Origin: an uncultured Verrucomicrobiae bacterium
GTDB lineage: Bacteria > Verrucomicrobiota > Verrucomicrobiia > Limisphaerales > Palsa-1400
Reading direction: 5' to 3'
Assembly: GCA_963764165.1 (NCBI GenBank)
Contig: CAVXRD010000003.1
Location: 192,001 to 256,000, forward strand
DNA length: 64,000 bases
Shown one piece after another: positions 37,560 to 47,484 of this stretch (positions are counted from its first letter, which is position 1; the number at the start of each line of letters is the position of its first letter). The notes beneath the pieces are model-generated. The model was not told the origin of the DNA. It searched no databases and saw nothing but the letters and a program-made list of their open reading frames with translations. A program made the translations under genes and the position numbers.

Positions 37560-39739
37560 GACATTTGACCATCGCCGCGCCGCTCGTCGTGCTCATCCCT
37601 ACCGTGCTGGTTTGGGCGGGAGCCGCGTGGCTGTGTTACGTGAATTGGCAGCGCGCGGGCAATCGCAAGATCGCCTTTCGACTGGAAGGTTTGCGTTTCA
37701 TTCTAGTTACGCTCCTCGCGCTCACCCTGTTTCGCCCGGAATTTGTCGAAACTCTGGAGCGCTCGTCTGCGCCGGAAATCGCCGTGTTGACGGACGTCTC
37801 CGACAGCATGAAAACGCGCGACATCAGCATGACCAACGGCATCATCAGCCGCGAGGATTGGCTGGCGCGGCAGATTGCGCGCAAATTTTATCTGCCGCTG
37901 CAAGCCAGGGCGAAGGTCTCCGTGGAACCGTTCGCCGCGCCGGACACCAACAAAAACAGCATCATCGGCACAGATCTCAATCAGGCGCTCGATTATACGC
38001 TGCATCGCTACAAAAACCTCAAGGCGGTTTTATTGTTGACGGATGGCGAATGGAACATGGGTTCGTCCCCTCTCGGCGCGGCCACGCAATATCGCGAGCA
38101 GAACATTCCGATTTTCGCCGTGCCGGTCGGGCGCGAAACGCCAGTGCCGGATTTGATTCTCGAGGCGGTTTCCGCGCCGTCCTACGGATTGCTGGGCGAG
38201 GAAATTGCCGTAGCTTTCCGCGTTGTCAGCCATTTGCCGCGCGAAGTCAAAACGACCGTCACCATTGCCGACAACTTTGGCCAATCCGCCAAGAAAGACA
38301 TCGTCATTCCGCCGCTTGGTGAAGTTGAGGATTCCGTGCTTTGGTCGCCACGCGAAGTCGGAACGGTCAAAGCCACGGTGAAATTGCCGGTGGAGGCGGA
38401 CGAAGCCATCGCCGAAAATAACGAACGCGCATTCCAAATGGCAGTGCGCGTCGAGAAATTGAAAGTGCTGGTGGTCGATTCGCTTCCGCGCTGGGAATAC
38501 CGCTACCTTCGCAACGCCCTCGCCCGCGATCCGGGCGTAGATGTTCATTGCCTCCTTTACCTGCCGGGCATGGGAACGGGCGGTGGACTGAATTACCTCT
38601 CTGCCTTCCCGAGCACGAAGGAAGACCTCGCTCCTTACGACGTCGTTTTCCTGGGCGACGTAGGCATTGGCGATGGCGAATTGACGGACAAAGACGCGGA
38701 GTTGATCAAGGGCCTGGTGGAACAGCAAGGCAGCGGATTGGTTTTTGTGCCAGGCCGGCGCGGGCGCGAAGCCACATTGACGAACAGCGTGCTGAAGGAT
38801 TTGTTCCCGGTCGAATTGGATCCCGCCAAGCCCGGCGGCGTCGGAATGGATGACGAATCGCAATTGACGCTGACGAGCATCGGCAAACGCCATTGGCTCA
38901 CGCGCTTCGATTCCGACGAGCAGCGAAACGACGAGTTGTGGAAGCAACTGCCGGGATTTTTCTGGTCTGCCTCCGTCGAAAAAAGCCGACCCGGCTCGGA
39001 AGTTTTGGCGGTGCATAATTCGCTGCGCAACCAATGGGGCCGCATGCCGCTGCTGGTGACGCGCCCTGCGGGGAGCGGGAAAGTTTTGTTCCTCGGCACC
39101 GATAGCGCGTGGCGCTGGCGTCGCGGCGTGGAGGACAAATTTCATTACCGGTTCTGGGGCCAAGTCGTGCGCTGGATGGCCCACCAGCGGCACCTTTCGG
39201 AAAAAGACGGCATCCGCTTGAGCTATAGCCCGGAATCGCCGCAAGCGGGCGACACCGTTTTCCTGCAAGCCACCGTGCTGGACCAATCCGGCTTTCCAGT
39301 GGACAAAGGCCCGGTCAACGGAAAATTGGTTTCGCCCAGTGGACGCTCCGAGCGGCTTGATTTTGCGCAAGTGGAAGGCGGCTGGGGCGTGTTCAAATCC
39401 AGCATTGTTGCGCAGGAAGCGGGCGTCTACAAATTGCAATTGGACTCCGATCCCTACGGCCGCCACCTCCTCACCGAACTCGAAGTCGCGCGCCCGGTCA
39501 TTGAAAAAGAAGGCCTCCCCGTCAACGCGCAGGTGCTTTCCGAAATGGCGTCGCTCTCGCAAGGCGGCGTTTACTCGATGGCGGACATTGATAAAATGGT
39601 CAACCAAATCGCTCTTCTGCCCGAACCCAAACCAGTCGAACGCCGCATCCGCATCTGGAGCGATCCCAAATGGGGCGGCGCAATTTTGGTATTGTTGACA
39701 ATCTATTGGGCCGGGCGGAAGTGGGCTGGATTGATTTAA
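37556..39739 (+). CDS. vWA + glutamine amidotransferase-like membrane protein of the MoxR operon
   Basis: N-terminal TMs, DVSDSM, LLTDG, PRWEYRYLRN, YDVVFLGDV, WRWRRG, FWGQVVRW. Confidence 0.8.
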   Translation: MRHLTIAAPLVVLIPTVLVWAGAAWLCYVNWQRAGNRKIAFRLEGLRFILVTLLALTLFRPEFVETLERSSAPEIAVLTDVSDSMKTRDISMTNGIISREDWLARQIARKFYLPLQARAKVSVEPFAAPDTNKNSIIGTDLNQALDYTLHRYKNLKAVLLLTDGEWNMGSSPLGAATQYREQNIPIFAVPVGRETPVPDLILEAVSAPSYGLLGEEIAVAFRVVSHLPREVKTTVTIADNFGQSAKKDIVIPPLGEVEDSVLWSPREVGTVKATVKLPVEADEAIAENNERAFQMAVRVEKLKVLVVDSLPRWEYRYLRNALARDPGVDVHCLLYLPGMGTGGGLNYLSAFPSTKEDLAPYDVVFLGDVGIGDGELTDKDAELIKGLVEQQGSGLVFVPGRRGREATLTNSVLKDLFPVELDPAKPGGVGMDDESQLTLTSIGKRHWLTRFDSDEQRNDELWKQLPGFFWSASVEKSRPGSEVLAVHNSLRNQWGRMPLLVTRPAGSGKVLFLGTDSAWRWRRGVEDKFHYRFWGQVVRWMAHQRHLSEKDGIRLSYSPESPQAGDTVFLQATVLDQSGFPVDKGPVNGKLVSPSGRSERLDFAQVEGGWGVFKSSIVAQEAGVYKLQLDSDPYGRHLLTELEVARPVIEKEGLPVNAQVLSEMASLSQGGVYSMADIDKMVNQIALLPEPKPVERRIRIWSDPKWGGAILVLLTIYWAGRKWAGLI

Positions 39740-39929
39740 TTGCGGGAACAATATCCTCCCATTGGCTGGTTTGCATCGTATCCTGCCAAAGAGGCAAAAA
39801 TAGAATTTCTTTGCACCGGTCCGCGGCTGCGGCGCTTCGGCGGTGGGTGCTCAGCGTGGTTTGAGGCGAGTGGCGATAGCAACCGCTTGAATTCGCGCGG
39901 CAAAGGAATTGCAGTCGCCTCTGGCGGAA

Positions 39930-40406
39930 TCAAGCGCGCGCCAGAACAACCGGCGACCGCACCAATTCCAACCAATCTTGCAGACCACTGACGGCATTGG
40001 CCAGATCTATGGGCACGAGAGGTTTCACCAGAAATGATCTGGCCCCCAAGGTATAAGCCCGGCGAAGGACGGTTGTATCGCCAGCCGCGGTCAAAACGAT
40101 GACCGGGACGTAGTTATGCGGCGGATGGTCGCGCAGCCACAAAAGGACATCAAACCCGTCGAGTCCGCCCATTTTAAGATCCAGAAAGACGAGGATGGGA
40201 TATGGAAATTGCTCCCGGTCCGAATACCCGTCGCGGCCCTGGAGGTAATCCAGGCAGGCCTCGCCAGAATAAACGGCGCGGGTGCAAAGCTGTGGGAAGA
40301 TTTTACCGAGCGCACGCTGTGTCAGGCGCACATCGTCGGCGTTGTCGTCCACGATTAAAACGGTCCCCGGCACAGCATCCGGACGTTTCAAATATGTCTC
40401 ACTCAC
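39930..40406 (-). CDS. Single-domain response regulator (receiver)
   Basis: LIVDDN, FLDLKM, DGFDVL, VLT, FLVKP. Confidence 0.9.
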   Translation of the reverse strand: MSETYLKRPDAVPGTVLIVDDNADDVRLTQRALGKIFPQLCTRAVYSGEACLDYLQGRDGYSDREQFPYPILVFLDLKMGGLDGFDVLLWLRDHPPHNYVPVIVLTAAGDTTVLRRAYTLGARSFLVKPLVPIDLANAVSGLQDWLELVRSPVVLARA

Positions 40407-40672
40407 TATCCTTTTCTAAATCACCCCCCGCTTCTGAGTCAATCAGGGCGCGCCTCCAAATGCGCCTAAGGGTTTCCCCCCATATTGCGGAGGACACGTC
40501 CGCATGCGATTGTTGAAGATTTTTTGAAACTTTTCGCCTTTATGTGTGTCAAATAGGCTTAACAATGACAAGCACGCATTCGGTGTCAAAAAAATTTGTG
40601 GCAATCTGGCGGGCGGTTTTTGCCGCAGCCGGTGCGCAGTCCCAATTATTCGTGAGTCACGGCCTGGCGAGA

Positions 40673-40864
40673 CTGCCAGCGAACTGTCTTATGGACGCAG
40701 GGACGCCTCGCCGAGGCGTCCGGGGCGAGGCGTCGTTGAACGGTGCGGCCCATAAAAACTTTCACGCGCAACCAGACGCCTCGGCGAGGCGTCCCTGCCT
40801 CCAAAGGCGAAATTTGTTCGTCGGAACTCCTCACCGATTCGTTGGTTGGGGCCTCCTGCCGGGC
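40673..40864. repeat. ~190-bp REP-doublet element, near-identical to 18541-18732, just upstream of gspE
   Basis: Direct sequence match with scattered substitutions. Confidence 0.9.
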
Positions 40865-40931
40865 AACGCGGTAAATTTGCAATTCCTGGCAATCACCGAT
40901 TCGTTTTGACAGTATTCAAGCGCACGGAGGC

Positions 40932-42497
40932 ATGAGCACACAATCCTTGAGCAACACAGCCGACGCGTTGCCGTCTGGCAACGGACATCGCGCCTCCGCT
41001 TTCGCGCGGCTGGCCATTCCCGCTGAAACCGTCGCCGCTCTTCCAACTGAATTTATAAAGCGCCACCGTGTCCTGCCGATCAAACTCGACGGAGGATGCA
41101 TCGTCATCGCCACTGCCGAGCCGGGGAATCAGCGCATCGTGGAGGACATTCGATTGCTGACGGGGTTGGAGGTCGAGGAACAGGCGGCGGACAAGGAGGA
41201 GCTTCTCCAAAAAATTGCCGAGGCCTGCCAGGTAACTGTCGAGCAGGTCATCGAAAATCTGGATCCGCAAAAGACCACCGCGGCCAACGGAGAGAAAAGC
41301 GCGCATGACATTGAAGTCATGGCCAACGAGCCCACGGTGGTCAACTTGGTCAACGTGATTATCTCCACCGCGTTGCGGGACCGGGCGAGTGACATTCATC
41401 TTGTCCCGTTCGAGAATACTCTTCAACTGCGGTATCGCATTGACGGCATGCTGCAAGAACAGCCTCCGCCACCCAAGCAGCTCCACGCCGCGCTGGTGTC
41501 GCGCATTAAAATCATGGCGGACATGAACATCGCCGAGCGGTTTATGCCGCAGGATGGCCATATTCAAATCAACCATCGCGGAACGCGCGTCGATATTCGG
41601 GTGGGAACGATGCCGACGATTTATGGTGAGAGCCTGGTGCTGCGCTTGCTTGAGAAAAACTCGCGCCCGCTGGGCTTGGAGGAGCTTGGCCTGGATTCTG
41701 AGCGCGCCCGCCTGCTGAAACGGCTGGTCGAAAAACCGCACGGGCTCTTTCTCACGACCGGCCCCACCGGCAGCGGAAAAACAACGACGCTATATACCAT
41801 ATTGCAGGGCGTTTACTCGCCGGAGAAAAAAATCCTCACCATTGAGGACCCGGTCGAGTACGAGTTGGCGGGCGTCGCCCAAATTCCTGTCCGTCCGACC
41901 AGAAATTTTACTTTCGCCACCGGATTGCGGGCCATTTTGCGACAGGATCCCAACGTCATCATGGTGGGTGAAATTCGTGACGCAGAGACGGCGGAAATTG
42001 CCATCCGCGCGGCGCTTACCGGCCACCAGGTTTTCAGCACCTTGCACACCAACGACGCCACCGGCGCGGTCACGCGGTTGATCGATATGGGAATTGAGGC
42101 GTTTCTCGTTTCGTCATCGCTCGAAGGAGTTTTGGCGCAACGGCTGGTACGGCGGATTTGCCCGCAGTGCCGGATTCAGGTGGATGTCGAGCCGGCGATG
42201 CTTGAGAAATTGGAATCGATGAGCGGACAGAAGTTAACCGGCCCCTTTTACACCGGACGCGGCTGCGACGAATGCCACGGCGCGGGATTTCGCGGACGCG
42301 TCGGCATTTTTGAGCTGCTTGCCGTTACCCCGGAATTGCAGGAATTGATTTTGCACAAGAGTTTGAACGCCGCCCTGAAATCGACCGCGCGCAAGACCAT
42401 GATCACGATGCACGAGGATGCGTTGCGAAAGGCCGCCGAGGGCCGCACTTCTCTGGAGGAAATTATCCGCGTCTCGTCGGGCGACAACCTTGAATGA
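40932..42497 (+). CDS. gspE: Type II secretion ATPase GspE/PilB family
   Basis: ASDIH, GPTGSGKT, TIEDPVE, LRQDP, TGHQVFSTLH, CxxC...CxxC. Confidence 0.95.
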   Translation: MSTQSLSNTADALPSGNGHRASAFARLAIPAETVAALPTEFIKRHRVLPIKLDGGCIVIATAEPGNQRIVEDIRLLTGLEVEEQAADKEELLQKIAEACQVTVEQVIENLDPQKTTAANGEKSAHDIEVMANEPTVVNLVNVIISTALRDRASDIHLVPFENTLQLRYRIDGMLQEQPPPPKQLHAALVSRIKIMADMNIAERFMPQDGHIQINHRGTRVDIRVGTMPTIYGESLVLRLLEKNSRPLGLEELGLDSERARLLKRLVEKPHGLFLTTGPTGSGKTTTLYTILQGVYSPEKKILTIEDPVEYELAGVAQIPVRPTRNFTFATGLRAILRQDPNVIMVGEIRDAETAEIAIRAALTGHQVFSTLHTNDATGAVTRLIDMGIEAFLVSSSLEGVLAQRLVRRICPQCRIQVDVEPAMLEKLESMSGQKLTGPFYTGRGCDECHGAGFRGRVGIFELLAVTPELQELILHKSLNAALKSTARKTMITMHEDALRKAAEGRTSLEEIIRVSSGDNLE

Positions 42498-43744
42498 CAA
42501 CCTTCCGCTACCAAGCTGTTGCGCCGGGCGGAAACTCGGTGCAGGGAACGGTCGAAGCGCCCGACCGCCGCGCCGCATTGCAAATGCTTGGCAGCCAGGG
42601 GCTGTTCCCGTCCAATCTCGAAATATCCGGCAGTGCGGTCCTATCCGCCGCGAAAACGGACAAATCGACGCCCGCGCCCGCAAAGATGGAATTTCGGTTC
42701 GGCGGCGGCGTTTCGCGCAAGCAAATCACCGCGTGGACAAGCGAAATGGGCGCCCTGCTCAACGCAGGCATACCGATTCCGCAAGCTCTGGAAGGGCTGG
42801 GCGAAGAGGAAGAACATCCCGGAATGCGCCGCTGCATCTCCGAAATTTCCGAGGCTGTCCGAAAAGGAACCGCATTTTCGGGCGCGCTGGCGGAGCACCC
42901 GGCTCTTTTCAGCCAGTTGTATATAAGCATGGTGCGCGTCGGCGAGGAAGCGGGCGCGCTCCCCAAAGTCATGGCCGATCTATCCGCCCTGCTCGAGCAC
43001 GAGGACGAAATACGAAGCGAAGTGGTCTCGGCGGTGGCGTATCCGATGTTCGTGATGTGCTTTGGCCTTGTCACGGTGACGGTGTTATTGACAGTGGTGA
43101 TGCCGAAGCTCTTCAGCATGCTGACTGAAATGTCCTCCACCCTCCCCTTGCCCACCGTCATTTTGCTGCAAATCAGCTCGTTTGTTCATGCGTATTGGTA
43201 TGTGGTTTTGGCTGTCGTTATCGGCGTTTCGGCGGGCTTGCGCTGGTATGTGCGGACGCCGGACGGCCACGAAAATTGGGATGGGTTCAAATTGAAACTG
43301 CCCGTGCTGGGACAGGTTTACCGCGCCGCCGCGCTGAGCCGCTTTGCCAGAACTCTCGGCACCCTGGCGCATAGCGGCGTTTCGCTTTTGCCATCGCTGA
43401 AAATAGTTGAGGCGACGATTGGCAACGTCGTCCTCGGGAAGATGATTGCGCAAGTGGCGGAGGAGACGCGCGGAGGCGATTCGCTGGCCGCCCCCTTGCG
43501 CAAGCTGGGCGTGTTTCCAAAATCCGTCGTGCAGATGATCAGCGTCGGGGAAGAATCCGGCACCTTGCCCGACATGCTTTTGAAGGTCGCCGACATCGAG
43601 GAACGAACGATGCGCGCCCGCACCAAGACGATGATTTCCCTGCTGGCGCCCGCGTTGATTTTGATAGTGGGCGCGGTCGTCGGCTTCATGGTCATCGCGA
43701 TACTGCTCCCCATCTTCAGCATGAGCCAGGCTCTGCAGAAATAA
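42494..43744 (+). CDS. gspF: Type II secretion inner-membrane platform protein F
   Basis: FRYQA, MVRVGEEAGAL, AYP, GEESGTL; three TMs. Confidence 0.93.
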   Translation: MTTFRYQAVAPGGNSVQGTVEAPDRRAALQMLGSQGLFPSNLEISGSAVLSAAKTDKSTPAPAKMEFRFGGGVSRKQITAWTSEMGALLNAGIPIPQALEGLGEEEEHPGMRRCISEISEAVRKGTAFSGALAEHPALFSQLYISMVRVGEEAGALPKVMADLSALLEHEDEIRSEVVSAVAYPMFVMCFGLVTVTVLLTVVMPKLFSMLTEMSSTLPLPTVILLQISSFVHAYWYVVLAVVIGVSAGLRWYVRTPDGHENWDGFKLKLPVLGQVYRAAALSRFARTLGTLAHSGVSLLPSLKIVEATIGNVVLGKMIAQVAEETRGGDSLAAPLRKLGVFPKSVVQMISVGEESGTLPDMLLKVADIEERTMRARTKTMISLLAPALILIVGAVVGFMVIAILLPIFSMSQALQK

Positions 43745-43747
43745 TTT

Positions 43748-44182
43748 ATGAACATTCACATTCGCAAAAATGGAAAAGCTGCATTCACCCTCGTTGAAAT
43801 CATGGTGGTGGTGATCGTCATCGGCATTCTTGCCGCGACGATCATTCCCAAATTCATGGGAACAACTCATGACGCCAAAGTGGCAACGGCCAAATCGAAC
43901 ATCGCCGAAATCGAATCCGCTCTCGAACGCTACAACGTCCAGATGGACACCTATCCTTCGACCGAGGAAGGGCTGAAAGCGCTGGTGGAAAAACCCGCCA
44001 ACGACGGGGGCAAATGGCGCGGCCCTTATGTGACATTGCTGCGCCCCGATCCGTGGGGCCACCCTTATCTGTATAAATATCCCGGCACGCACCGAACGAG
44101 CGGGCCGGATGTCTGGGCCAAGGATCCCGACGCAAAGGAAGGCGAAGCCTCGGAGATCGGCAATTGGGTAGACGCAAAATGA
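43748..44182 (+). CDS. gspG: Major pseudopilin G
   Basis: AF-TLVEIMVVVIVIGIL; YPSTEEGLKAL; WRGPY; DPWGHPY; IGNW. Confidence 0.93.
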   Translation: MNIHIRKNGKAAFTLVEIMVVVIVIGILAATIIPKFMGTTHDAKVATAKSNIAEIESALERYNVQMDTYPSTEEGLKALVEKPANDGGKWRGPYVTLLRPDPWGHPYLYKYPGTHRTSGPDVWAKDPDAKEGEASEIGNWVDAK

Positions 44183-44757
44183 CGCATTCCCCCAACAACC
44201 ACGCCCGGCGCTCCGCCTTCACCTTGGTGGAGATGCTGATCGTTGTCGTCATTGTCGGTGTCATGAGCCTGGCGATCACGGCGCAAATGCATGGGACGTT
44301 CCAGGACGAATTGCTGCGCGCCACCAGCCGCGATCTTGCATCGGCTTTCAACCTCGCCAGCAGCCGGGCTATTTCGGTAAATCGCCCATATCGAATTCGC
44401 ATTGACACTTTCAAGCACCGTTATTTCCTCGAACGGAGCCGGCGCGGAGGGAAGGAATTCTTCCCCGCGAGAGATACCGCCAGCGGAACCGGAAAACTCG
44501 ATTCGCGCATCGCCATCCAAGTGATGGAGCCGGGCATCAACGCTCCGGACGATGCCGGCCGGCCAGCAGCCGACTCGGCGCCAGAGCAGCCAAGCGCCTC
44601 CGCTGGATTTCCCCAGGACGTGGTGACGTTTTACCCGGATGGCACGGCGGATCGCTGTGAATTGGAGTTGACGGATAAGGATGGATATCGCCTGGCAATG
44701 CGGGTGAATCCTGTGACTTCGCGCATACAGGTGAAAGCTTTGGGGCATCAGCCATGA
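44179..44757 (+). CDS. gspH: Minor pseudopilin (GspH/FimT-like)
   Basis: AF-TLVEMLIV; FYPDGTAD; ATGA overlap. Confidence 0.8.
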   Translation: MTHSPNNHARRSAFTLVEMLIVVVIVGVMSLAITAQMHGTFQDELLRATSRDLASAFNLASSRAISVNRPYRIRIDTFKHRYFLERSRRGGKEFFPARDTASGTGKLDSRIAIQVMEPGINAPDDAGRPAADSAPEQPSASAGFPQDVVTFYPDGTADRCELELTDKDGYRLAMRVNPVTSRIQVKALGHQP

Positions 44758-45362
44758 GGCGAAACACCCACAGCCTGAGCAAAACGAACCCCAAGGCGGG
44801 GACGCCTTTGGGAAGCCGAACTTCGGCCCGAGGCGTCCGGGGTGAGGCATCATTCACGCGCCAACCCGGACGCCTCGGCGAGGCGTTCCTCCCTACGCTT
44901 GGCAGAAGTGTGCGCGTTGGAAGAAGCATCGCGGCCTTCTCGCTGATTGAAGTCATGTGCGCGATTCTCATCATGGGCATCGCGCTGGTGGCTCTGACTC
45001 GCGGGATCACGACCGCGCTCGCCTCCACCAAGGACGCCGAGGTGGCAACAGTCGTCCCCGATTTGGCCGCGGGGCAATTGGAAACGGTGCGGGCCGAAGG
45101 AGTATTGACCGACCAAACGACAGAGGGCGATTTTGGTGAAACCTTCCACAAGTTCAAATATGAGCAGACCATTTCCCCCACCGAATTGGACGGCTTGCAT
45201 CAAGTCGAAGTGACCATTGAAGACGCGCACACCGGAGCGCCGCTCTACAAACTCACAACGTATCTTTTTGACAATGATTACCCCGGCTCCACCTCCGAGG
45301 ACGAAAAACAGAAGAAGCGCGATCTCGACAAAGCGAAAAAAAGAAATCGGAGGGGCCAATAA
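44754..45362 (+). CDS. gspI: Minor pseudopilin (GspI-like) with REP-extended 61-aa leader
   Basis: AF-SLIEVMCAILI at residue 62; position in operon. Confidence 0.75.
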   Translation: MRRNTHSLSKTNPKAGTPLGSRTSARGVRGEASFTRQPGRLGEAFLPTLGRSVRVGRSIAAFSLIEVMCAILIMGIALVALTRGITTALASTKDAEVATVVPDLAAGQLETVRAEGVLTDQTTEGDFGETFHKFKYEQTISPTELDGLHQVEVTIEDAHTGAPLYKLTTYLFDNDYPGSTSEDEKQKKRDLDKAKKRNRRGQ

Positions 45363-46129
45363 ACACGCACGCGCCGCGCACCCGGGGCTTTACGCTGATC
45401 GAGTTGATGATCAGCGCGGCCATCGCATCCATCATATTAATCGCATCCTATTCGTGCCTCAGCGCCGGAGTCGCCAGCCAGCGCATGATCGAGCCGCGCA
45501 CGGAGGCGATGCAAAGCGCGCGGGTGGCGATGGCGATGCTGACGGCGGATTTGCGCTCGGCGTGCTCGCTTTCGACGGATTTCGATTTCGTCGGCGAAGA
45601 GCGCACCATTGGCGAAATGGAGGCGGACAATCTTGATTTCGCCACCCGCCATTACATGCCGCAGCGCCCGACTGAAGGCGATTACTGCCAGGTCAGCTAT
45701 TATATCGAGAAGTCGCGGGATGGAAAAGGATACAGCCTCTGGCGCAGGCGCAATCCGCACATCGCGCCGGATCCGCTGGAAGGCGGCATCGAAGACGAAA
45801 TTGTCCCCGAAGTGAAAGGGTTCACGCTGGAGTATTACGATGGCCTCGACTGGTATGACACTTGGGGCGATGCCAACGTAAAGAAGAAAACCAAATACAC
45901 TGCCGTCCAGGAGCCCAATATGAGCGGCTTCCCGCAGGCCGTTCGCATTACTCTGTTGCTCGCGAACGATTCGGGCAAATCAGCCTCGAAGTCAAAAGAC
46001 AAGGAGCCGCCGGCTCCCCCGTTTGCTTTCCAAACCGTGGTGCGGCTTGAATTGGCGGGCGGGCAGGATTCATCCAGCGGCTCGTCGCCGTCCGGCGATT
46101 CCAGCCAGAATCCCGGAGGGCAGAACTAG
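45359..46129 (+). CDS. gspJ: Minor pseudopilin (GspJ-like); inferred start is ATA at 45359
   Basis: In-frame (I)NTHAPRTRG-FTLIELMIS upstream of the tracked TTG; YYDGLDWYDTW; PQAVRITL. Confidence 0.75.
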   Translation: MNTHAPRTRGFTLIELMISAAIASIILIASYSCLSAGVASQRMIEPRTEAMQSARVAMAMLTADLRSACSLSTDFDFVGEERTIGEMEADNLDFATRHYMPQRPTEGDYCQVSYYIEKSRDGKGYSLWRRRNPHIAPDPLEGGIEDEIVPEVKGFTLEYYDGLDWYDTWGDANVKKKTKYTAVQEPNMSGFPQAVRITLLLANDSGKSASKSKDKEPPAPPFAFQTVVRLELAGGQDSSSGSSPSGDSSQNPGGQN

Positions 46130-47484
46130 TGCGCCAGCGCGGCTCCATTTTGATCGGCGTTCTCTGGTGCATGGTGCTGCTTTCCGTGCTGGTCATCGGC
46201 GTGCTGCACACGGCGCGCATGGATTTAATCGTCGTCAAGAATTACGGCGACCGCGTGCAGGCGCATTACCTCGCGCTGGCAGGAGTCGAGCGGGCAAAGG
46301 CTGTTCTTTACCGGGATCTTGTCAGCCGCCAGGGGGCTGGCAAGAACCACGATGGGAAAGTTTACAATGACGAGAAGGATTTCAAAAATGTCAGGCTTGG
46401 CCGCGGGGAATTCCGCGTGTTCCACCGCGCGCCGCAGGATGAAGGCGGCCAAATCATTTACGGCGTCAGCGACGAGGAAAGCCGCCTTAATATCAACATC
46501 GCCACCGCCAACCAGCTCACGAATCTCACCGGAATGAACCAGGAAATTTTGGGCGCGATCATGACGTGGCGGAGCCCCGCCACGTCGAATAGCGTGTCGA
46601 GCGATTCGCCCGGCGGGGCGAATTCCGAATTTTATATGTCGCAACGTCCGCCTTACATGGCGCGCAATGGACCGTTCCAGACCGTTCGGGAATTGTTGAT
46701 GGTGCGCGGCATCACGCGCCAGCAACTGCTCGGCAATGACGATAATCAAAACGAGTTTCTCGATGACGATGATGATCCGTCTGATCAAGGCGCGATGCCC
46801 CCTCCCAGCCCCATCCCGGGCTGGGAAATATTGCTGACAGTCGCGGGAACGGAGAAGGATGTTGACGCCTCCGGCAAAGATCGCGTGAACGCGCAAAATG
46901 CCGATGCCGCGACTTTATCAACGGTGGCAGGCATCACGCCGCAAATTGCCAGCGCCATTATTTCGTATCGCGGACGAAACCAGTTCAAAACACTGGACGA
47001 TCTGCTGGCCGTCACGCCGCCTTCGCAGAACCAGGCAAATCAGAATCAGGCTAACCCCATGGGCCAGAACAATTCCGCTTCCGGCAACAACGGCCCCACC
47101 GTCATCAGCCAGGATCTATTCGAGCGCGTCGCCGACAACTTCACCCTGGCGGGCGGCGATTTGAAGGGAATGATCAATGTCAACACGGCTCCGCTCGCCG
47201 TTCTCATTTGCCTTCCCGGAATTGACCAGCGGCTCGCGCAGTCGATCATCAATTATCGCAAATCGTCGGGCTACTTTGACAGCGTGGCGGGGTTATTGAA
47301 GGTCAGCGGCATGACGCGCGACATCTTCAAACAAATTGTGCCGATGATCACCGTCCGCTCGGAAACCTATCGCATCACCGCCGAAGGGAAAATCAATTCC
47401 TCGGGTGTCCGCCAGCGCGTGCAGGAAATTGTGCATATCGGCCGCAAGGATATCGAAACTCTCGCTTATCGGGAGGACTTATGA
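46129..47484 (+). CDS. gspK: Pseudopilin K with helix-hairpin-helix repeats
   Basis: RGSILIGVLW; DEESRLNIN; ELLMVRGI; INVNTAP...LPGI. Confidence 0.85.
   Translation: MRQRGSILIGVLWCMVLLSVLVIGVLHTARMDLIVVKNYGDRVQAHYLALAGVERAKAVLYRDLVSRQGAGKNHDGKVYNDEKDFKNVRLGRGEFRVFHRAPQDEGGQIIYGVSDEESRLNINIATANQLTNLTGMNQEILGAIMTWRSPATSNSVSSDSPGGANSEFYMSQRPPYMARNGPFQTVRELLMVRGITRQQLLGNDDNQNEFLDDDDDPSDQGAMPPPSPIPGWEILLTVAGTEKDVDASGKDRVNAQNADAATLSTVAGITPQIASAIISYRGRNQFKTLDDLLAVTPPSQNQANQNQANPMGQNNSASGNNGPTVISQDLFERVADNFTLAGGDLKGMINVNTAPLAVLICLPGIDQRLAQSIINYRKSSGYFDSVAGLLKVSGMTRDIFKQIVPMITVRSETYRITAEGKINSSGVRQRVQEIVHIGRKDIETLAYREDL

Noticed and set aside
38030..39751. 573-aa ORF on - strand
   Set aside because: Antisense shadow of the vWA membrane protein; no motifs.
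43748..45000. Ala instead of Gly at the -1 position of prepilin cleavage sites
   Set aside because: AF-TLxE leaders are common in PVC-group prepilin-like proteins; not novel.
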